A stretch of DNA of 64,000 bases from the human T2T-CHM13v2.0 reference genome, Homo sapiens (GCF_009914755.1 NC_060941.1), one strand, 5' to 3'. Counted from the first letter of the stretch, positions 42,089-61,228 are shown. The notes: generated by a model from the sequence alone, not told the origin. Numbers and translations are program-made.

Positions 42089-42415
<327 letters not shown>

Positions 42416-42514
42416 ATGGATTTGTATTTCATTGGCTCTCAAACTTTATTAGACGTAACAGTCACCTGGAGCACTTTGATAAAATAAAAATTCTGATAGA
42501 CAGGTTTGGGTGAG

Positions 42515-44982
<2,468 letters not shown>

Positions 44983-45204
44983 AGGCTCTAATTTTCTAGA
45001 AGGTTTCATTGTGGACCCCTCTGTGCCACCTCACCTTGGCCCTACCCTACGCTGATCCCTGTTTCTCCAAGAAGCAGCCAACCTGAATCCTTCATGGGGC
45101 ATCCACACTGTTTGTATTGTGGCTGTTTCTCCTTTCATTCCTCATAGTTAACATCCACAATTCTTAAACTTGCCTCCCTGGTTCCCAAGGCCAGTGTGCA
45201 TCAC

Positions 45205-45560
45205 TGCATTAGTCCGTTTTCATGCTGCTGATAAAGACATATCCGAGACTGGGCAATTTACAAAAGAAAGAAGTTTAATGGACTTAGAGTTCCACACGGC
45301 TGGGGAGACCTCACAATCATGGTGGAAGGCAAGGAGGAGCAAGTCACACCTTACATGGATGGGAGCAGGCAAAGAGAGAGAGCTTGTGCAGGGAAACTCT
45401 GACTTATAAAGCCATCAGATCTCATGAGACTTACTCACTATCATGAGAACAGCACAGGAAAAACCTGCCCCTATGATTCAATTACCTCCCTCCAGTTCCC
45501 TCCAGCAACACCTGGGAATTCAAGATGAGATTTGGGTAGGGACACAGCCAAACCATATCA
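45205..45560 (-). mobile_element. THE1B-like solo LTR
   Basis: Ends ...GACACAGCCAAACCATATCA; perfect 5-bp TSD ATCAC. Confidence 0.94.
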
Positions 45561-45802
45561 ATCACTAACCACATTTGGGTGATGTGGATGTGAAACAGGC
45601 TTGGAGGCTCGTCGGCTAGAGATTCCGATTCAACAGTTCAGAAAGGGGCCCAGGAATCCGCTTTCTAAACAAACAATGTAACTGGTTCCGAAGCTGTGCA
45701 CTGATGCTGGAGGAAGTCGAGGGGCCGGCTTCATCACCGTTTTTGCCAGCTGCTTTCCCCACGACAGAATTGCGGAACAGAGGATGATGAGCCTGGAGCT
45801 AG

Positions 45803-46652
<850 letters not shown>

Positions 46653-47040
46653 TTATGCCCGTCACCACGTGACCTTGGTAGGCTCCTCTCACCCTGGCCT
46701 CCAGCTTCCCCGTAAGGATAACGAAGTCAGCCCCATCGTCTGGGGGGTGCAGCTTCTCAGAGGCCAACCCTGGGGCGCTTTGCTTTGTTGGAAGTTGAGT
46801 TTGATTACAGCTCTAATCATTTGTCCCCCAAAGTCAACTTTCTTTTATTGCTTACACTGCAGAATCATCCAGTCTCAATTAAAAAAAGAGATCCCACATA
46901 GTCCAGTGGTTAAAAAAAAAACCAAATTTTTTTAATAGGAAAATAGACCCTCAGAGGAAATTGGTCACTGGGTTTAACTGGGAGGGATTGTCTCGTGCCT
47001 GTGAATGGGTTAATGTATCAGGGTGGGCATGAGGACAAAT

Positions 47041-47478
47041 TATAAAACCAAAGGAAAATGCCGAAAGGCCATGTGAGTGACAGCAAGAATGAAGGCTATT
47101 GCATCCGAGGCCTGAAGTATAGACCCAGGTCCCACTTTAGCATAACCACGGCTGCTATTAAGACCCTCAAACGCACCATCAGTGGTTCTGAATTTTGCAT
47201 AATGATTGAACTCTGCCGTATCATCAGAGGGGAGGAGAACGGCGTGGAAACCAAAGGGCTGAAATCTCAGCCCCTGCCAAGCCTTCTGGGGCTCCATCAC
47301 ACTCCCAGAATAGCGCGGCTAGGTTCCCGGCAGCCTCGGGCTGCGCCGCAGCTGGGCTTCCGGAGAGCGAGACGAGTCAAGCCTCAAGCACTGCCGGGGA
47401 CAGCTGGGACTGGACACCACCCAGAAGCCAGCTGGCTGGCCCTGCCCTGCCCTGCTGGAGGCACCATCTCTGGTGAGT
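47041..47478 (+). promoter_or_regulatory. Candidate distal promoter/first exon (TATA, CpG cluster, splice donor)
   Basis: TATAAAA 47041-47047, locally CpG-rich non-repeat DNA ~47310-47400, donor CTG|GTGAGT at 47472/47473. Confidence 0.5.
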
Positions 47479-48590
47479 GGGGGCATGTCTGACTCCCCTG
47501 CGGCTCTCCCACCATTACCTGGGGCCCCAGCTGAGTCAGGGGTGGCCTCAAATCCCAGGCAAGAGGGTGGCATCAGTGAGTGGGTCTCCTGAAGTCTTTG
47601 GTGGCAGTGGCTGGAGAAGGTGTTAAAGGGCTGAATGGCCCTGCAGGTAGGGGAGGCTGCAGTGTGTGCCAGGCGGATGTGACTTTAGGAGGCCAGTGGC
47701 CACCAGCAGAATAGGGATGGGAAATGAAGATGGGCGGGCAGGGAGACACAGCCCTGCCACAGGCCAGGCAATTGCCCCGTGCAGTGCGGTCTTGAAGCTG
47801 GCGTCTGAAGGTGAAGGGATTGTTGGAAGAAGGGAGGGTGGCCAAGCCCGTTTCCAGCTTGACAACAGTTATGTGTTTTCCAGTATCCTCCTTCATTCAT
47901 TTATTCCCTTACAAGTATTAATTGAGGCAGGGCCCCAGGGGAAACACAAAGATGGGTCAGGCACACATCTTCCCTTCCCAAGAGCTTATACCTTGGCTGG
48001 GGACATAAAGCATGACAGAAATAACCATCGATAAGGCAGAAAATGTCAGGGCTATATAAGAGATAAGAGAAGTGTACTGGGGAGCACGGTACAGTGAGGT
48101 GCAAGTCCAGCAGGCTAAAGGAAGATAGTTCTAATCTACAGCTAGCCACTGAGTCTCTATGAACCTCAGTCTTTAAATATATAAGATGGAGACAATAACA
48201 TCTGCCTTATGGAGGCTTATAGGGTTGTAAGCATCAAATATATATAAAAGGTGCTTGAAATTGTACAGCAATATACAGAGGTAAGCTATTATGGGTATCG
48301 TATTATCCAACTAGCCAGCATCTCTCTGAACTTCTCCGCCTGGAATTCTGGGAGCCACAGGGAGCCCAGGATCTGAGTACTGGGTTCTTGTCAGCAGCAA
48401 AGCAAAGTCTAGACCCTGAGGCCTCCTTTCCCCTTATAGAAGGCTGACAGCCTCTCTCAGCTCTTGGCCAATCAATCCAATTGATCCACAGATATGTAGT
48501 GCCCATTTTTTGGATGTATAAAGCACTGTGCTAGGGACCATGGGCGTGGAGAGGCATGAAATCCAGAGTCCATTCCCTACAGACCTATCA

Positions 48591-49067
<477 letters not shown>

Positions 49068-51063
49068 TTAAAGGGGGATGGAATCAAGAGGTCGAGAGGA
49101 GGAGAGAGGCATCCTGGATTGAGAATACGGGACATGTGAGCGAACTCACAGGAAGGCAAGTGCGGGGGCGAGGCAGACTCAGAGCAGGCTTCTCAGGCTG
49201 GAGTGACCATTTCCTGTGGGGGAACAGGAAGGAGAAGAGGCTGGAGTCAAGGCTAGGTACAGGTTGCAGAGGCCTTGAATGCCAGGCAAGGGAGCCTGGA
49301 CTTTCACATAAAGGCACCAGGAGCCAGTGAAGGTGTTAGGAATGAAAGGTGTTGGGGTGAAGTCAGTGAAGGTCCTGCCCCGGATGGGGGTTTGCAGGGT
49401 GACTGGAGAAGACTGCCACCAGGGGCCATCACTCTGGGGGCTGGTGTAGCCACTGCAGCAAGGTAGAAGGAATGCTCCCCCCGAAATGCTCACAGATTGG
49501 GGTGAGACGCTTCCTGAAGGTAGGGGAACAAATTGCAGTGAGGGCTACACGTTTCCATTTTGATTTTGATAGAGGCAGGCTGACTGAGTGGCCTGGATCC
49601 CTGGACCCTTGGCCTTGATGTCTGGTTCTCAGGATTTGCGCAGTCTGTGGATGGAGGCTGACCAGATCAGAGCAGCTCAGGGGACCCCGTTCTCTCCTTC
49701 CACAGGGAGTTGGTTAGCGGCCACTGAGCCCTGGGCAGGGAGGGGGATGAGGGAGGAGCAGATTTTGCAGCCATGGGGGAGGGTTCAGCATCAGGTGACA
49801 TTCCAGTGGACTCTGCCCAAGGCCTGCTTCCGGGTACACTTCCAGAGCGATCACCCATGGGCAGCCAGTTGTGGTGAATGAGGGTTTCACTCGCCTGCTC
49901 CCTGGCCCTGGCTTCCTCCTTCTTAAGGGGCCACGATGGGACCCGAGTCCTTTCAAAAAACTAGGCAGTTCCCGCTGCTCCAAGCAGAAAGTCCTATGAG
50001 CCTAAGAGAAAAAGAGATTTGGCCAGACACTGCAGCCAGGGCAGGAACCAGTTAATATGAGCCTGGGAGCAAGGAGAGGTGAAATGCTGTTTACCAGCAG
50101 CCGGCTGTGGGTTGCAGGGCACCCAGCCACCTAGCACAGGATTCCAGGCCCCAACTTGTCAGGAAGCAGGAGCCCCACCCTCAGCTCAGTGAGGGACTAT
50201 TCCTCCCCATCTGGGGCCTGGCTGCAAGACCTAGGGCTCTCCACTCCCCAGGTAGAGGGAGCAGGCCTTCTACTCTGTGGAGGAGGAAATGGCTCCTGTT
50301 GGAGATTCTGCAGGGTGAGACTGCAATCCAGAACTCCTGCTGCCCAGGCAAACTGGGAAGTCCCTCTAAACAACACAACTGACCTCTGGCTCTCCCTGGG
50401 TAGGCCTCTCCATGCCCAAAGCCGGGGTGCCAGGGCCTCCTGCCCTCATCTCTGATGCAGGGCATTGCAGCCCCATGGCAGGTGACTTCTCCAGTAGGCA
50501 CTGGGGCTTGCCTGCTTCTCAGAAAGTGGGGTACGGGAGGCAGGGCAGGGGTGGTGCTGTTTGCAAGGCTGCTGGTGTGAGGGGGAAGATCGGCCGTGGC
50601 CAGCCACAGAATAACGGATATTCCACAAGCATTTACTGAAAACATTTACCCACACCCGTCTGAGTGCCAGATGCCAGGGAAAACAAGATGAGTGAGACAT
50701 GTCCCTGGCTCTCTAGAAGGGCACAGTGTAATTGGAGAAAAAACAATTTAGAAGGCTAATTATGATACACTAGGATAAATGATAAATAAATGAATGTGTA
50801 ACAGGCTGTGGGTAAATAGGGCAACTCACAATGGGTCTTTCGTGGGAAGGTGAGGATCGCTTCACAGAGGAAGGAACATTGGAGCTGAGCTTTGGGGCAG
50901 GGCAGATTTTTTAAAACTTTTTGGTCACAAAGAAAAAGGATGGTAAGAGGCATAAAATGTTCGAGGTGGAAGGAACATCACACAGAGCATGGCATGGCAA
51001 AGCTATTCCAATCATGGTGAAACAGAACTGAAAGAATGCCAGCTTCTGCAAGAGTTTGGGTTA

Positions 51064-52073
<1,010 letters not shown>

Positions 52074-54578
52074 TCAAGATCTCTTTGAACAGTAGCACTC
52101 TTTGAACACTTCTCAGAGTGTAGTTTTTTGGTGAAAACAGAGTTTGCAATGGGTTCTACGCCTACTGGGGTATTAAATCAAAGTGAAGGACATTTGGGGG
52201 CACAGAGGACCCTGTGGCTGGAGTCTCGGAAAGCAGCGCCACCTCCCACAGAACTTCCCTTCCAGCATCACAGGCTCGCTGGGTCCAGCAGCCCCCACCA
52301 GGGTCTGACTCATGGTGGAGGGGTCTCATGCCTTCTCCAACTCTTGCCTCCCCACTCTGGACCAGCACAGGCCCCCGGGACTAGAGCAGAGACCAACAGG
52401 GACCCTGAAGGCTGAAGCCCATGTCATCGGCCCCAAAGGACTTGCTTTGTCCTTTAAAGGCAAATCCTGCCCAGGAAGTGAGACGGAGTGAACACAAAAA
52501 GAGCAAACAGCTCTCAGGAAACCTCCCTACATATCCGCCGCCATCTACCATGCAGGGCTGGCAGTGGGCAGGGCTCCGCTGCTCCGTCCAGGCCTCAGAT
52601 GCCCCAGCCTTTCCCCCGCCTGGGTCGGGAGGGAGTGGTAAAGAGTTGCCTTTTTGGAGAATCTAGGTAGGGAAAAGAGATTCCCAAAGCTTGAAAATAA
52701 ATTGAAACAGATCTGCCAGATCCACAATTCATCTTTGGCTTCTTAAGGTCACAAGCAGTCTCGGGGACTATTTCCATTCCACCTTCCTCTAGCTCTTAGC
52801 TGGCTTTTCACATATGCTAATGAGCGGCCCCTCCCAGCACACTGTGTTCAGCACCAGTTGCCTGCTTCACGAGAACTAGTCCCAGCCCACAGTCACGGAT
52901 GCCCCTCGCCTAGGTCTGACCCGCCGTTTGCCTTTCTAGCGTTGGCACTCAACTGCTTGGACCCTACAAGCGTTTGCCTCCCTGGCATGGGGGCCTCTGA
53001 ATCTTAGGGTGGGAGGTGGAGCTACGGAAGGGAGCCCAGGAGTGAGCAACAGATCAGCAGCAGCACTGCGCCCCTCTTCTTAATATTGAAGAGACTTGAA
53101 ACAATTCAGTCTTCGCCACCCCAGACCAGCCCGTGAGGGCAAGGCCAGGAAGGGATACAGGGTTCTAGAGAACCAGGGCCTCACCGCCAGCTCCGGCCGC
53201 TAAGCAAACATTCCCTCCAGGAGTCCGAGAAGCCGGTGTGCGAGGGGAGGAACCAGCCTGAGGTTTATCGCTCCAGCAACTCCGGGTGATTCATAGAGTT
53301 TAGACTCCCGGTTGTCGTAGACCGCGGCAGGCACGCAAACAAGCAGCCCGGGAGATACCCTCCCCTTTCCCAGCCCCCGCTCCTCCACCTTGCTACCCCC
53401 TAGCCCGTGACCAGCTGCCTCCCCTCCCCCTCGCGGGCGCTCAGGGTTGAGCAAACACTCCGGGCCGCCCGCCCCGCCACCAGCTGGCTCCGACCGGCGC
53501 ACCGCTGGCGATCCCCCAGGCAATTCGGCGTCATGAGAACCGGCACCCCGAGACTCGGCGCCCTGCCCTCCCTCCGCGTCTCCAGGGCCCTGGCCAGGCC
53601 CAACAACCTCTCCCTCCTCTGTGCGCCTCAGCCCCTACGGGCCTCTGGCGCGGGCTAACTAGGCCTCGCTGCGGGCCCCCAGGACTGCGCACCCCACCCC
53701 CCGCGAGGCCAGCAGCCCCGGGGGAAGGCGGCCGGAAAATCTCTTGTTTATCGGGCTGGATAAGTACCAGCCTGGATTCGCTTCCCAATTTCTGCGGTCC
53801 AGCTTCAGCAGATTCCTGGGGCCGGAGGGGAAAGGGTGGCAACCCACAGATCCACCCCGGAACAGGGAGTGGGGGGTGGGGCTGGTGGGAACCTGACCTC
53901 CTGGAAAGGACGGACTCGGAGTCAGAGCCAACGTGTCCCGGAGCGCAGAGGCCCAGGGGGTCGCGCTAAACACTGTACCTCGGGGAACAAAACCGTGAAG
54001 GCTAATTAGGACAAGTCGGAGCAGGGAACGGGGACGCCGGGAGGGGAGAGCGCGCTCCGAGTTGGGCAGAACCTGGAACGGTCACAGGAAACCCGGGCGC
54101 GGGGTAGTCGGGCCGAGGGGGACCTTTGCCCACGGTCCAGAGTGGTCTGGACTCGGCCCACGCGTGAGAGGAGCGCTTGGTGACGATCCCACGTACGCTT
54201 GGTGACTGGTGGAGGTCCCAGAGAAGGACCGTGCGTGCAAAAGGCGAACCTCGGTGTGCGGTGTGTCCACGTGTGCAAGCTGGGGAGGGGAGGGGGCGCA
54301 GAAGGCGTGACAAAGACGGACTCTGTCTTGAGTGTGCGCCTCGCTCCGGCCCGCTCCCAGCGAACTGTGCCTGAAGTGTGTCTCACGGGAGGGCCAGGAC
54401 GAAGGTGACAAAGGCTAGGTGTCCCCCACGGAGACGCGCCAAGGTAGCCCCGCGCGTGTCCGTAGGCGCGCTCTCTGGAAGACGCGGTGGGGGGTGCGCA
54501 GGGCTGCACCCTCACACCAATTGCCCCGGCGAAGGCCGAGCCCAGAAAGTGAGTGCGCGTGAGTGTGCGCGCGCCCGC

Positions 54579-54681
54579 ATGCGGGGGCGTGGCAGTCAAC
54601 AGCAACAACCCACACGCCGGCAGGGCCAGAAACTCCCATCTCCCTCACCAGCCGGAAAGTACGAGTCGGCTCAGCCTGGAG
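54579..54681 (+). CDS. GPRC5C: GPRC5C first exon 1a, coding part of the N-terminally extended form (MRGRGSQQQQPTRRQGQKLPSPSPAGKYESAQPG+G)
   Basis: ATG at 54579, 34 codons + 1 nt, donor GAG|GTGAGT at 54681/54682. Joins exon 2 in frame (G|GG-TQPEPGLGAR-M), a 45-aa extension matching the long isoform I recall. Kozak is weak (cgcATGc), so the exon may mostly act as 5'UTR. Confidence 0.85.
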
Positions 54682-54959
54682 GTGAGTCGGGGCGGGGAGG
54701 GCCGGGCAGGCTTTGTTCCTGTGTAAACGGAGCGCACGTACCTGGAGCGCGGCGGGCGCCCGATTAGCGCCCTGAATGGAGGTGATGTAACGGTGATGCA
54801 GGCTCCAGCCCACCCTCGCCGAAAGCAAGGAGCCCTGCCTGGGGACAGGCCCGCGCGAGAGCGAGCAACCCAGCGCGCCTGGCTCAGCCTCGGTCCCAGG
54901 GAGAGGCAGGCCCTGCGTCCCGGCCCGGGCCCCGCCATCCCAGCCAGGACCGGGCCTGG

Positions 54960-55063
54960 CCCAGCGCCCCGCGCCGCGTCCCTCCCACCCCCGCCCGCCC
55001 CCCGCCTGGGGCTGGAGTTGGCCCCAAACGCTGCGCTGGAGCGGGGCCGGCGGCGAGTCCCAG
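54960..55063 (+). other. GPRC5C: GPRC5C alternative first exon 1b (5' boundary uncertain)
   Basis: Near-consensus donor CAG|GTAAGG at 55063/55064, directly downstream of GC-box-rich sequence in the CpG island. Confidence 0.65.
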
Positions 55064-56293
55064 GTAAGGGCTGCTGCCTTCCCGCTCCGCCGCCCGGAAG
55101 AGTCGGGTCGGGACGGCGGGGAGTGGGCGAGGGCAGAGGCGGGGGGACTGGACATCCTGCGGGCTGGGGACGCCGCGCCAACTCCGCTCGGTCGCTGAAA
55201 GTTTTCAAACCCGAGCCGGCTGGGGACTGGGGGGGTGGGGGAGCCCGGCGCTGCGGCTCGGGCTGGAGGGAGGGGAAACCACTCCATAATCGGGGTCTCC
55301 AAGAGGAGCCCCTCCACCGCCTGCCTCTCGGTGGGAGTCCGCGGTCACTCTCTCTCGTGGGTGGCGTCCTCTCTGCCGCCTGCTACTGTGGATGTGGAGG
55401 GCAGGTTTCTGTGGCCCTAAAAATGGGAGAGAGTGACTGGTTCCCTTGCTCCCCATTCCAGCCACCCAGGGAGCGCAGGTGTAGACCCCAGTACCGTCGA
55501 CCCAAGTAGGGACGAGAGGGTTCAGAATCCCCCTGAGGGAAGTTTGGAAATTCAGACTATCAAAGCGCCTCCCCTTCTGGTAGCCTGGCCCCTAGATCCC
55601 GAACCCCCACTCCCGGCTGGCTTTTCCAGCGTCCTTTGCACCTCCATCCCCAGGCCCGCAGTGTTACACGCTGGAAGACCCAATCACTTACAAACTCCAC
55701 GATCAAGATCCTAAAGCCCGGGAGAGGAGACTGTTGGAAGTAGGGTTTTGTGCTCCTGGAGCTTCCTCTCCCCGCCGGCCCCCCACCCCTGTGCCTTCAA
55801 CTGGACTGGGGGAGGGAGTGCATTGGGGGGTGGGGCGCATTCCAGAGTGACATTCCAGAGCAGACCCTTGAAGATTTCCAAGTCTCAGAGAGCTCAGGGC
55901 ATTTTGGCCCAAATGCCTGGTCTTGGTGCGGGGCAGGGGCAGGGGGATAGGGGTGGGGTGTCTAGGCTGAGGTTCGAGGAACCCCAACCCACCCCCCACC
56001 AACCTACACACTGAGGCCGCTCCTTCCAGGCACAGGCGTCTCCTGTGCGCCTTCTTATCGATGGGGTAAACGCCTGAGCGCCCTGCACAGAGGGGTGAGA
56101 CAGTGGGACCTAACCAGGGACTGGGAGAGACCGATAGGAGTGGAGGCAGGAAGGCTGTCAGTCGGGCCATCGTCTTTCCCTATAGGCTCTTGAGTGTGTG
56201 GGATGGGAGGAAGGCAAGTGCTCTGTGGTATCCCTGGGGGAACCTCCCTGAAGAGTGCCCTGGTCACAGCACCCTTGAAGACAGCCATTGGCC

Positions 56294-56297
56294 ATGG
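56294..56297 (+). CDS. GPRC5C: GPRC5C alternative first exon 1c, coding end (ATG G), giving an MGTQPEPGLGAR-extended form
   Basis: Perfect Kozak GCCATGG followed immediately by donor G|GTCAGT (56298). In frame with exon 2; gives the 12-aa extension of an isoform I recall. Confidence 0.75.
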
Positions 56298-56554
56298 GTC
56301 AGTGTTGAGTTTGGTTGGCCCTGTGACGCGCTGGAGCTCTCTTTCCAGTGCGGTATCCTTGGCCCTGGTGGGTGGAGGGGGTCTCAGGCTTGTGTGTGGA
56401 TGATGCTGGAGCGAGGAAGGGAGTTTTGCTCTGGAGAAGTGAGAAGGCCTGGCTGTCTCCCCGGTTGCTGGATGAAGCCACTTGTTGCTGGGGGAAACCA
56501 GTCAGGGCTGCTTGGGCCTCTGGGCCTCTGAGCCTCTGAGCCCACCAGGCCTCT

Positions 56555-56568
56555 GCGCCCCCTGGAGA
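56555..56568 (-). promoter_or_regulatory. CTCF motif (reverse)
   Basis: Minus strand TCTCCAGGGGGCGC versus core CCACCAGGGGGCGC. Confidence 0.5.
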
Positions 56569-57180
56569 GAGAAGGAGGGAGGAGGGAGGTTCAGCAACTG
56601 GACTGCACTGACTCACAGGAGAGCTGGGGGCAGGGTGGCTGAGCCTGGGGAAAGGCCGATTTCGGAGGCGATTAAAAATATTTGTACAACTGATTCCAGG
56701 GAAGTGAAGCAAAAGGCCCTTTTGTCCAGAAAATAATCTGAGGCTGGAGCTGGGCTTCAGCTGTGGGGTGGGGGAGACTCAGGGCGGAAGGAGGTTCCCC
56801 TCCTACCCCCCTCCTTGAACCCTCTGAGAATCTTTAAGCAGAAGATGCAACTCCAACATGGAGGGGACAACCCTGGGTGTGGAGAAATGCACCTGGGACC
56901 ATCCAGAGGTGACTTCCAAATGCCCACTGTGTTCAGGCACAGCACCAGCTGTGGCAGTGGATTCTAGAAGTCTTGTTCACCAGCTTCAAAGACCTTACAG
57001 CCCTGGAGGGGAGACACGGACATGATTTGAACGTTCAGGGATCAGAAGGCTCAGTCTTAGTGCAGGGTCTGGGGACCCACAGGAGGCAGAAGTTTCCTCC
57101 AGGGTCCTGAGGAAAAGCCTCTGACCAGAGCTGAGTCCATCTTGTCAGTCCCTTAGCCACCATCTTAAAAGGTGGCATTG

Positions 57181-58012
<832 letters not shown>

Positions 58013-58500
58013 TTAAGTTACTCAGCAACTTACTAAAAGCAGCAGCCTGGCTGCTGGGCAGCAGCATGGTACCTGGATGCGGTGAGGGGCAGGTACAGGC
58101 TCCTCTCTCATTCCTTGAAAGTTTCTATATTGAGGGGGTTGGCAGGAGAAGCAAGACTTGAAGGGTCAGGTGCAGAAGGAAGTTGCTGGTCACCAACCAC
58201 AAAATCAGGGGGAAACTGGAGGTGGGGGCTTAGGGACAGAGAGCTGTGAAGCTTTCCTGACCCTAGCCCAAGTGCCTGTGGGCTTCTTGGAGCCAGCAGG
58301 GTACAGGCAAGTATTTCTAGGGCAAGATGGATCAAGAAGAATGAGTGACATTGGTCCCTGGCTTGGTTTTCTGTAATGACATGCCTGTTAGATTTGAACT
58401 TGTAGTATGGGCTTTAGTATCCTTTTCCCCCACCTCCGCCATCCAACCAGTCCTTCGATTGTTTTTTGGAAAGGATCTTTCAGAGCTGGCCATTATGGCT

Positions 58501-58526
58501 TTACCTTTGGCCTTGACCTTTAAACT
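58501..58526 (-). promoter_or_regulatory. Array of four nuclear-receptor half-sites in intron 1
   Basis: Minus strand AGTTTA-A-AGGTCA-AGGCCA-A-AGGTAA (DR1/DR0/DR1). Confidence 0.45.
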
Positions 58527-59457
58527 GGAATGAATGTGCCCCCCAACAAATCGATTGCCTGTGCATTTTTGCCAGACTCTTTTCCTAAAAGCGCAACCCT
58601 GGCTATGCCCCCATGATGCTAAAAGCAGCCTTCAGTGGCTGCCTGTTGCCTTTAGGATAATGCCCCCAGCCCCACCCCTGTAGCATTTCCAATGTGTCAG
58701 CCAGCAGCTGCAGCCTCCCTTTGCAGACTCAGCTGATACTTGGCAAACTGAATTCTTTTTTAACTTGCTCTGGACTTGGGCTCAAAGGGCTTTGATTCAC
58801 ACCATCTTTTCTGCCTTGCACGTCCCTCTCCTTGTTCCCTTCACCTGCTCAGTCCTTCCTCACATTCTTCAGGGCTTAGCTTTTGGGTGTCCCTGTCTCT
58901 TGGCAGTGTCTGGGACCTGGTATGTTTTTTTATTAGATTCTGAGTAAAACTCTGCGGAACAGTCTTTCTCTACTCTGCCTGTTTCTCTTCTGTGTTCCTG
59001 TAGCCCCTGTCTCTCTCCTGCAGGTAAATTCCGTTGTGTGGCCCTTAATCATATTCTTCCTTGTGTAATTTTTGTGAGTACCTACCTTATCTCTCTTGAT
59101 AGATTTTAAATGCCATCAAGTCAGGGACTACGTTTGTTCATGTTTGTATTTTCCACAGCTCTGGGAACAACAGGGCCTTTCCTTCCCAGGCGCACAGTCA
59201 ATATTTGCTGATTTGGAGTAATTGCCTGTTCTAAACTGGGCCCTGGCCGAGGGAGGTGGGGTGAAAAGCCCTTGAAAGTGCAGGTGTCCGGAGTCTAAGT
59301 GGCAGTTCTGAGGGTTCTCTTCCCTACGTCCAGCTTCAAGCCCAAGTTCTGGCTGGTTTGGCTGTGGAGCCCAAGATGAAGTTGAACATTTAGGATCCCA
59401 CAGCTTGTTGTTATCCATAAATTATCTCCCAGGAGTGGGTCCATATTACGCCTTCCC

Positions 59458-59771
59458 TTTTTTGTTGTTGTTGTTGTTGTCGTTGTTGTTTTTGGTTTTT
59501 GAGATGGAGTCTCGCTCCGTCACCCAGGCTGGAGTGCAGTGGCGCAATCTCGGCTCACTGCAATCTTCTGCCTCCCAGGTTCAAGGGATTCTTCTGCCTC
59601 AGCCTCCTGAGTAGCTGGGATTACAGGCGCACGCCACCACACCTGGCTAATTTTTGTATTTTTAGTAGAGACGTGGTTTCAGCATGTTGGTCAGGCTGGT
59701 CTGGAACTCCTGACCTCGTGATCTGCCCGCCAAAAGTGCTGGGATTACAGCATGAGCCACCGCACCCAGCC
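59458..59771 (-). mobile_element. Antisense AluS with (TTG)n tail, intron 1
   Basis: Alu motifs. Confidence 0.9.
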
Positions 59772-60555
59772 TACTCCTTACCTCTTAGCCCTCTCTTACT
59801 CCTCTTTCCAGCACTTGTAAATAAAATGCAGTTGGTGCTTTATTGATTTACAAAGTCCCCTACAGAAGCTTATTTAAGTCCTGCATTAGAAGTAAAGAGA
59901 AACTAGCCATTAGAACGCCAGTTATTTAGGAAAACAACAGTACATTTACATGAGATAGTTAATTTTAAGAGTTAATCTTAAGCAAGCTTAATTGAAAGAT
60001 GAGGTAGCTGAGATGGCTAAGACGACCTAAATATTTTCAAGTGGCATGGAGACTATTTGAAGGGACTTTGAAAATGGATCCTCTTTATTGTGTCCATTTC
60101 ACTTAATTTTATGAGTTGCATTGCCCCTGATTTAGTAAGTGTTCTTTCACATAACAATTATGGACAGAATTTTTTTTTTTTTTTGCTTCTGTGTTGAAAA
60201 GAGGGACAATTTCTATCAACTGTGGGATTTAGGGCTTTTGTTTGCCTATTAGAAATTAAGTAGCCAGGAATGGTAGAAAACAGTAAGGAGGTAAACCATG
60301 TATAAACAACCTCACAATCCCCCTAAAAAAGGAAAAAGGGTGGCAGCCTCACAGAAGAGAGTTAGATAATGCCATTCCCCTGCCAGCCACTAGTGGTCAC
60401 TGTCAGACCAGGAAAGCTTGGTTGCTGTTTTCCCAGAGAGTTCCTGATGAAGCTGGGTTACAACTAGTTATTTGAACACGTGGGGTGACTTAAATGTGGA
60501 CTACCTGCATTCATAGAATTTTGAAACGTATAACCTGTTTCTTTAAGCATTTAAA

Positions 60556-61228
<673 letters not shown>

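Larger units (their letters stand above)
53190..55400. promoter_or_regulatory. GPRC5C: CpG island / GPRC5C promoter region
   Basis: Very high GC and undepleted CpG, repeat-free, GC boxes (e.g. GGGGCGGGG 54689-54697; CCCGCCCGCCCCCCGCC ~54990-55006); contains the first-exon donors. Confidence 0.93.

Noticed and set aside
47058-47492. 144-aa ORF as an independent gene
   Set aside because: No homology recognised, and the ATG is only ~10 nt after the TATA box; kept only as a possible spliced leader.
54415-55509. 300-, 238- and 187-aa ORFs in the CpG island as standalone genes
   Set aside because: Stop-poor GC-rich DNA giving Pro/Gly/Arg/Ala low-complexity translations; only the splice-compatible part from 54796 is kept as a hypothesis.
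59957-59982. Tandem AGTTAAT(T/C)TTAAG resembling HNF1 sites
   Set aside because: One base short of the HNF1 palindrome spacing and in AT-rich DNA; too weak.
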